Origin: a virus
Lineage: Duplodnaviria; Caudoviricetes
DNA length: 64,000 bases
Strand: one strand, 5' to 3'
Virus record (IMG/VR): IMGVR_UViG_3300029305_005724
Coordinates: 128,001-192,000 of that record
This document shows, piece by piece, positions 58,325 to 64,000 of this stretch (positions are counted from its first letter, which is position 1; each line of letters opens with the position of its first letter). The position numbers were made by a program, and so were the translations under genes. A model generated the notes under the pieces. It was not told where the DNA came from, did not search any database, and saw only the letters and a program-made list of their open reading frames with translations.

Positions 58325-59425
58325 TTACACTCTGTTAAGGTCTAACGGATACTCTTGGAAATATCTATTATTAATATATCGAACTTCATCAGGATTATAA
58401 AGATTTATAAGTCCTGCTGTCATATCCATAGATGCAATAGAATTTTCAAATAGCATAGTTTGATAATTTAAATCAATAGCTGCAAATCTATTTGTGACTT
58501 CAGCTCCAGTTATACCTTTTATATTTTCTAGTAAACAGAATGGATTAGGCTCCATGAAAAAGATTGCATTGGCATTATAGCCATTTGAAAATATATTAGA
58601 AGCAACAGCATTCTCTAAAAGTTTGATAGCATTGTTTGCATTCTTTAAAGCATTCATACTACGATCTCGAACTCCAGATACAGCTTGAAATATACTAAAC
58701 ATACGAAAGTCTAGAATAGTTTCAATTTGCTTCTTTACCCCAAGCTCTCCATATCTATATGCATTATACAATGTGCTTTTTGTTGCAACCCAAGATACGT
58801 CTTCTTGCATTCTCTTTTTAGGTCTATACAAAAAGGTTCTTGGTTTAAATGCTACTAGCTGGTATGCTAGATCATCTTTGCTATAGATGAGATTTGGAGA
58901 TTTGTCTTCTTTATTTTTATTAATGATAGAAGATACAATTACCGAAAATTCATTTTCTTTATCAATGACATAAAAAATATCATATAAATATGGAGTAAGA
59001 ACTTTTATCATGTTTAGATTATCATCAATGAGATTACTGAGCATGATATTAGAATTTTCCATAAAAATATTCTTCTCATTGTATCTATAATAATTCACGA
59101 AAGCCTCTTTTGGTCTAGCTCCCCCATATACTATATAGACTTTGCTAGTAGTTTTATGGCGAGTTTCAAAATAAGCTCTTAGATGAATGGCAAGGTTGAT
59201 CAAGGAGGATGCTATAACGCATGAGTCCTTGACAGAGATGTTTGAGCCTTGCCTATAGAGGCTTCTCAGGATAGAATAAGCATCTATAAAAATATTTATA
59301 TCTCTTACATCAGTAGCTCCATATAATGCAAACTTAGTCATTTCATACATCCTATCATATTTGATAAAAGATCCATACAAAAGGTCTGCAATATTTGGGT
59401 TGTACGCCTGAAAATTATCCTGCAT
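58325..59425 (-). CDS. Possible PIN/FEN-fold 5'-3' nuclease-like protein
   Basis: INIFIDAYSIL and IYSKDDLAYQL resemble FEN motifs; several acidic residues appear to be missing. Confidence 0.4.
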   Translation of the reverse strand: MQDNFQAYNPNIADLLYGSFIKYDRMYEMTKFALYGATDVRDINIFIDAYSILRSLYRQGSNISVKDSCVIASSLINLAIHLRAYFETRHKTTSKVYIVYGGARPKEAFVNYYRYNEKNIFMENSNIMLSNLIDDNLNMIKVLTPYLYDIFYVIDKENEFSVIVSSIINKNKEDKSPNLIYSKDDLAYQLVAFKPRTFLYRPKKRMQEDVSWVATKSTLYNAYRYGELGVKKQIETILDFRMFSIFQAVSGVRDRSMNALKNANNAIKLLENAVASNIFSNGYNANAIFFMEPNPFCLLENIKGITGAEVTNRFAAIDLNYQTMLFENSIASMDMTAGLINLYNPDEVRYINNRYFQEYPLDLNRV

Positions 59426-59473
59426 TATCTCATCCTCCTCTCTCGGGTTTATATATACTCAAGGAGAAGTATA

Positions 59474-59887
59474 TCAAATAATGCTCTTAGGATCATAGAA
59501 ACTTTGATCAAGAGAATCGATGCTTGCCGATGCAATTGAATCAAGATCTACTCCAGACTCCTCAATAATCTCTTTAACAGCAGGGAAGAAATCTTCTCTA
59601 TCTTTAAGGCCATTGAGGGTTTTTCTTGTGTCGCCATAACCATTTGTCAGAAGTGCCTCAATAAGATTATCGGGCCCTTCTTCAGTCATGAATGCTACAC
59701 CCTTTCCTGCGATTTCTTCTCCCTCACTATTCGTATACCATTTACGAATATCGAGTTTAAAAGGTCCGCTAGGAGACCATCTTAGTTTTCTCAAAGCCAA
59801 GAAACTATTCCCAGGGATCTCATCAAATACAACATTGAGAGATGGATCAATTTCTAGCTGAAATTCTTTCTTTCCACCAAATGCCAT
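59474..59887 (-). CDS. PC4/YdbC-like ssDNA-binding protein
   Basis: LRW......KLDIRKW.......GKGV motif and acidic tail. Confidence 0.75.
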   Translation of the reverse strand: MAFGGKKEFQLEIDPSLNVVFDEIPGNSFLALRKLRWSPSGPFKLDIRKWYTNSEGEEIAGKGVAFMTEEGPDNLIEALLTNGYGDTRKTLNGLKDREDFFPAVKEIIEESGVDLDSIASASIDSLDQSFYDPKSII

Positions 59888-59977
59888 TTTATTTATCCTC
59901 CTAATGATTAAAAAAGAAAGGCATGAAGAATAAACTTCATGCCTTTCCTATTATACTCAGAGACTAACCGTTTCAGA

Positions 59978-60748
59978 TTAGCGAGTATAACGATGGAACT
60001 GAGGAGCAGATGCCGCATAGATTCCGAGACTTCTCTGAATCTCACGAACAACACCAGTGTCAAGCTGGCAAACCTGCATGATGAACTCATTGCTCTTACC
60101 GGGAATCATGGTAGAGGGAGTTGCTACGTACTCGAAGCGACCATCATCAGTCTTGTCACCATAGATCTCGGTGATAAGCTTGTTAAGGTCAAGACCGGAT
60201 ACGCATACAACAACTTCTTCCTTGCCATATGCAGACATAGGGGTGCTGATCTCCTGGATGTGCTCATTCCAACGAGTACGATCGCCAGAACGCATGAACA
60301 CTTCGAGAGCTTCCTTGGTGTCCTTGGTAACAACGAATGCATGGCCAATGCCTGCACCAGCTACCTTGTTATAACGCTCAGCAAGGCTGGGCTTGGAATC
60401 TTCCTTCTTCTCTGCGGCCTTCTTCTCATCATAGCCGTAGGGACGGAGGTTCTTGATTTCACCCTTGGACTCATCGCCCTGATCCTTGAAGTAAAGATCG
60501 ACGTAGAGAGTTCCGATGGGCATAGATGCGGCTACAGTGGGAAGCGCAGATCCGTCATTGATACGGATGTTGCAACCATAGTAGTCATGGAATACGGGAG
60601 CGAAGAGCTCAGAAATAACCTTTGCCATATCGATAGTCGAAATGATATTGGTCTTCATGTCGCCCTTAAACTCGGGATGGTCCGAAACAGTGATTCTGCA
60701 CTTTTCGGTCTTTGCGGTTTCGGTTTTCACGATTTTGCTGTCTGTCAT
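59978..60748 (-). CDS. Highly expressed hypothetical early protein
   Basis: Start MTDSK after AAGGAG; biased codons; early promoter 60831-60846. Confidence 0.7.
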   Translation of the reverse strand: MTDSKIVKTETAKTEKCRITVSDHPEFKGDMKTNIISTIDMAKVISELFAPVFHDYYGCNIRINDGSALPTVAASMPIGTLYVDLYFKDQGDESKGEIKNLRPYGYDEKKAAEKKEDSKPSLAERYNKVAGAGIGHAFVVTKDTKEALEVFMRSGDRTRWNEHIQEISTPMSAYGKEEVVVCVSGLDLNKLITEIYGDKTDDGRFEYVATPSTMIPGKSNEFIMQVCQLDTGVVREIQRSLGIYAASAPQFHRYTR

Positions 60749-60890
60749 GATACTTTCTCCTTGTAAAATAGTTTTTTTTGATTTTAATTCAGTGTTATGG
60801 ATATTGTAAACTTCTATCCCTTCCACGTCATCACTATAATATTATATGTCTATTATTAAGTTTAATTCTTTAATAATTAAACGTAAATAA

Positions 60891-61802
60891 TTAGATTTCA
60901 CTCATAGATCTGGGAAGGTACTTTCCGTCTGCAGCATCATAACCACAAATATAAACTTTATTGAAATTATCCTGAGCAGAAGAAATAAGCAAATATTTTC
61001 TATTGATCTTGCTTAAATCAATTTCTCTAGAATATTCTACAATATAAGTTTCCATAATATTAACTTTGAGTTCGTTCTCTAAGAAAAGAATATTCTCCAT
61101 ACTGAGACATTCATCCTCAGCATTTACAGAAAACGGTACTTCGGTAATGTCGAAACACTTTCTAAAGTCATACATAAAGTTATTTGTTATAAGAAGCTCT
61201 TTAAGACTAGAGCATATACCACAAACTTCTTTATCTTTAAATTGACCCACGAGAGCAGACGACATTTCTTTAATTGAGTTATCATACTTGACATTGCTAA
61301 ACAAAGAAAGAATATCTTCGAGCGTATCGTCAAGATATACTGCAATAGGTTGTGCAGATTTCAGAGCTGTGCATGTAAGCACAAGCTGAAAATCAAGATT
61401 AGCAGGACAAGTGTCCTGATTAACCGATACTCCAACATGAATAATCTTGTCAGGATTATTATTTGTAATATTTGTAAAGAAATCATAGATTCCCTGTCTA
61501 CATACTGCAAAAGGTAGATCAGGTCTCTTAGGTTCTTTCTTAAAACTCTTGAGCGCTACAATTGTATCAGATACTTCGCTATTCTTAACAATTGATAGCA
61601 TAAAGAGTCCATCCGGTTTAAGCATATGATAATTGGATGTAAGGTATTCAGAAGACATAGATTTATTTGTACCATCAGCCTGTTTATACTTAACCCTGTC
61701 CTTTTTATCAATATTTACTACACGGATTATCTCAAGTTCTTGATTATCATTAAACTTGAAGAATTTGCTACCCGTATAAATTGTAGGTTTCTTTTCATCC
61801 AT
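60891..61802 (-). CDS. Hypothetical protein
   Basis: 303 aa, coupled to dcd, SD AAGGAGG. Confidence 0.7.
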   Translation of the reverse strand: MDEKKPTIYTGSKFFKFNDNQELEIIRVVNIDKKDRVKYKQADGTNKSMSSEYLTSNYHMLKPDGLFMLSIVKNSEVSDTIVALKSFKKEPKRPDLPFAVCRQGIYDFFTNITNNNPDKIIHVGVSVNQDTCPANLDFQLVLTCTALKSAQPIAVYLDDTLEDILSLFSNVKYDNSIKEMSSALVGQFKDKEVCGICSSLKELLITNNFMYDFRKCFDITEVPFSVNAEDECLSMENILFLENELKVNIMETYIVEYSREIDLSKINRKYLLISSAQDNFNKVYICGYDAADGKYLPRSMSEI

Positions 61803-61803
61803 A

Positions 61804-63117
61804 TTAAATATCCTCCTTAGGCTTATAAAATCTACTTGCTGTAGCTTCTTCCTGTTTATAATATCTGCCTCTATAAAGTTTTCCTACCTTGCCACAAGGC
61901 TTAAAATAACAAACCTGAGCAATATCAGTATTTGCATATATACGAATAGGCTCTACAACAGTAATCTCAAGCGTCCATGTGCCATCAAATCCAATATCTC
62001 CAAATCCTGCACAAACATGAACAGAGATACCAAGACGGCCACCAGATGAACGGCCATTAATCATAGGAATAAATTTATCACTCCAAGTTCTTTCAACTGT
62101 ACGCCCAATATAAAGAACTCCAGGCTGAAGAACAAGACCTTCTTCAGGAATTGTCAATTCAATAGTCTTATTCTCTTTCATCATATCAAGAGGAGCAAGA
62201 AAATCTTTCTTAACAAAGTTATTCTGAATATAATCACGAAGCGAAGAAATATAGTATTCAAGTCTTTTTGTAATATCAGAAATCGATCCGATAAACTCAT
62301 TTCTAAGCTTAGTATCAGCTTGCTTTCTAGCAATATCCGTAGAAATGATCTTTTTATCTATAGTATCGAATGCTTTATCAATCTGCTCAAATTCATTTTC
62401 AATATGAGCTGTAATATCATTAATATTTCCGCTGAAAGAATCTTCTAGCAAATCGATCTTATTAAGAACATCATCAATTCTATTTGTGACTGCATAAGCA
62501 ACAGGTTCTACTAGATTCATAATTCCATTTTCTTTGGCATAAATATTGCCTTTAGAATCTTCATATAGTTGTTTATCATTAACAAATTCATATGCTGTCT
62601 TAGCATTTTCAGAATTATTAATTCCATCTGCTTCTGTATTTTCATGGAAAAAGCTTAATTGCTCGTTTTCTATTTCCGAAGATTGAGTTTCTTTCTTTTG
62701 GCAACTCGTTTTAAGAAGAATTGTATCGAACTTTCTAAACATTTCAGCTTTAGATTTGTTCTTAATGCTCTTCATAATTCTATTAGACTTATTCTCAATA
62801 CCACTAGCATCAATAGAATTAAATGAATTTCTTGATTCAATAGCTGTAATTCTAGAATCTAGAATTGAAAGAATAGATTCAAGATCTCTAATAAAATTAG
62901 GATCTTGGAATTCTGCATCAGGTTTTAGGATGTCTGACCTATCAGAATCTCTTGCATATATAAGTAGCTGGGGGTGTAGCTTAAGATTATAGCTATTTGG
63001 GTTCAAAGCCACAGGATCATAGGGAGTTATTCCTATATGACCTTTTTTTATTTGCTTTTCAATTTCGGCACCTGTTAGCATGCCACCATTTCTAAAACAC
63101 ATATTTATCTCCTCCAA
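61804..63117 (-). CDS. dcd: dCTP deaminase with ~250-aa internal insertion
   Basis: MLTG.EI...I.I.P.....LNPNSYNLKL N-terminus; GRSSGGRLG...AGFGDIGFDGTWTLEI...IAQVCY...YRGRY..Q C-terminus. Confidence 0.88.
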   Translation of the reverse strand: MEEINMCFRNGGMLTGAEIEKQIKKGHIGITPYDPVALNPNSYNLKLHPQLLIYARDSDRSDILKPDAEFQDPNFIRDLESILSILDSRITAIESRNSFNSIDASGIENKSNRIMKSIKNKSKAEMFRKFDTILLKTSCQKKETQSSEIENEQLSFFHENTEADGINNSENAKTAYEFVNDKQLYEDSKGNIYAKENGIMNLVEPVAYAVTNRIDDVLNKIDLLEDSFSGNINDITAHIENEFEQIDKAFDTIDKKIISTDIARKQADTKLRNEFIGSISDITKRLEYYISSLRDYIQNNFVKKDFLAPLDMMKENKTIELTIPEEGLVLQPGVLYIGRTVERTWSDKFIPMINGRSSGGRLGISVHVCAGFGDIGFDGTWTLEITVVEPIRIYANTDIAQVCYFKPCGKVGKLYRGRYYKQEEATASRFYKPKEDI

Positions 63118-63206
63118 ATATGTAAATTTTGATTATTACTAAGTTTAGGCTCTATTATTTTATAAAAGAAAATGGGATATCTATTTCTAGATATCCCATT
63201 AATTAT

Positions 63207-64000
63207 TTAGAAGGATTTAATCAATTTCTTAATTAATCCTACCATTGTAGTCATTGTTGTAGCATTAACTTTAATTGTAGCAGAACTAAAAGGACTTGCT
63301 TCATAATATTCTGTAAAATTAAAATCATTTTCCACTTTCATGACTTCAGATAAATAGTATTTAAAATCATTTAAAATCTTGGCTCTTGCTTTATGAGCAG
63401 AAGAAGATTCTATTGCAAATGAAGGAAGTTTTTGGAACTTTTCAGAATGAAGCTTTTCTTCAATAAGACAAGACATCATCCATAATTTAGATAGCTCATA
63501 TTTAATTCCTTCATAATTCTTAGCTTGATGATATTGTTTTAGAAGCTTGTGAGATTTTGCATATTCAGCTTCAAAATCAATCTTCTTGATATTCTTAATC
63601 AAAAGATTTCCTTCTTTATCAAACTGAATTGGAAATTCTTTGGCTTCTCCAAAAGGCCTAATATCAATAGCATCGAATAATACATTTTCTAGAATACGTC
63701 TAATAACAGGATTAGAAACAATATCAATATCCTTTTGCATTTCATATAAAGCTGAGAGATTATTGATATTATTTATAATAGCTGTAGCGTATCCCGTTTC
63801 ATTCTTAATATAAAATAGCTCTTGTTCTTTAAGAGGAGTAGCTCTTTTCGAAAGAGCATTAATAAGATTCTTCATCTTTCCAACTTCATATTTTGAAGCA
63901 AGCCCAGAATAGACAGAGTAAATTCTTTGTTCAGCACTAAGAGCTTTATTCATATCTGAAGGAGATACCTTAGAAGGATCCTTTCCGGTAATATTAATGT
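63207..64000 (-). CDS. Hypothetical protein, 5'-truncated by the window edge
   Basis: Frame stays open upstream of the ATG at 63953 to the window end; terminator 63171-63200. Confidence 0.65.
   Translation of the reverse strand, partial: INITGKDPSKVSPSDMNKALSAEQRIYSVYSGLASKYEVGKMKNLINALSKRATPLKEQELFYIKNETGYATAIINNINNLSALYEMQKDIDIVSNPVIRRILENVLFDAIDIRPFGEAKEFPIQFDKEGNLLIKNIKKIDFEAEYAKSHKLLKQYHQAKNYEGIKYELSKLWMMSCLIEEKLHSEKFQKLPSFAIESSSAHKARAKILNDFKYYLSEVMKVENDFNFTEYYEASPFSSATIKVNATTMTTMVGLIKKLIKSF

Noticed and set aside
59939-60766. 275-aa plus-strand ORF
   Set aside because: Antisense shadow of the codon-biased gene 59978-60748, which has the SD and promoter.

Overview
AT-rich, gene-dense segment of a phiKZ/AR9(PBS1)-like jumbo myophage, probably infecting a Firmicute (strong AGGAGG Shine-Dalgarno sites, genetic code 11). 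It encodes three subunits of phage multisubunit RNA polymerases (beta'-C at 180-1436, beta'-N at 7960-9899, a long beta at 25426-29223), early hypothetical and paralogous genes, a tail-fibre/lysis region, a diversity-generating retroelement (RT 19630-21117, TR 21473-21623, VR 22008-22158 in a C-type-lectin-fold target), a free-standing HNH-like endonuclease, a 3868-aa tape-measure-like protein, baseplate/tube and internal-head proteins, RusA, a PC4-like SSB and a dCTP deaminase with a ~250-aa insertion. Two promoter classes recur: early-type TATAT-TATA-N4-TGA and AR9-like late AAC[A/T]-N6-T[A/G]. The most striking observation is that the catalytic AADFD^GD motif of beta'-N is split by a 440-nt group I intron which carries, instead of a homing endonuclease, a CCA-ending tRNA-like module (135 nt, extended anticodon arm, two T-loop-like hairpins) in its P6 loop. 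Also notable: a G10 tract in a leader ORF coupled to the DGR target (candidate phase switch), a DGR with no visible avd and an extended RT, a candidate anti-Shine-Dalgarno sRNA next to the DGR, and an AcrVA2-like gene joined to a degenerate resolvase across a UCC-UGA +1 frameshift. All family assignments come from motif recognition by eye; no database searches were run.
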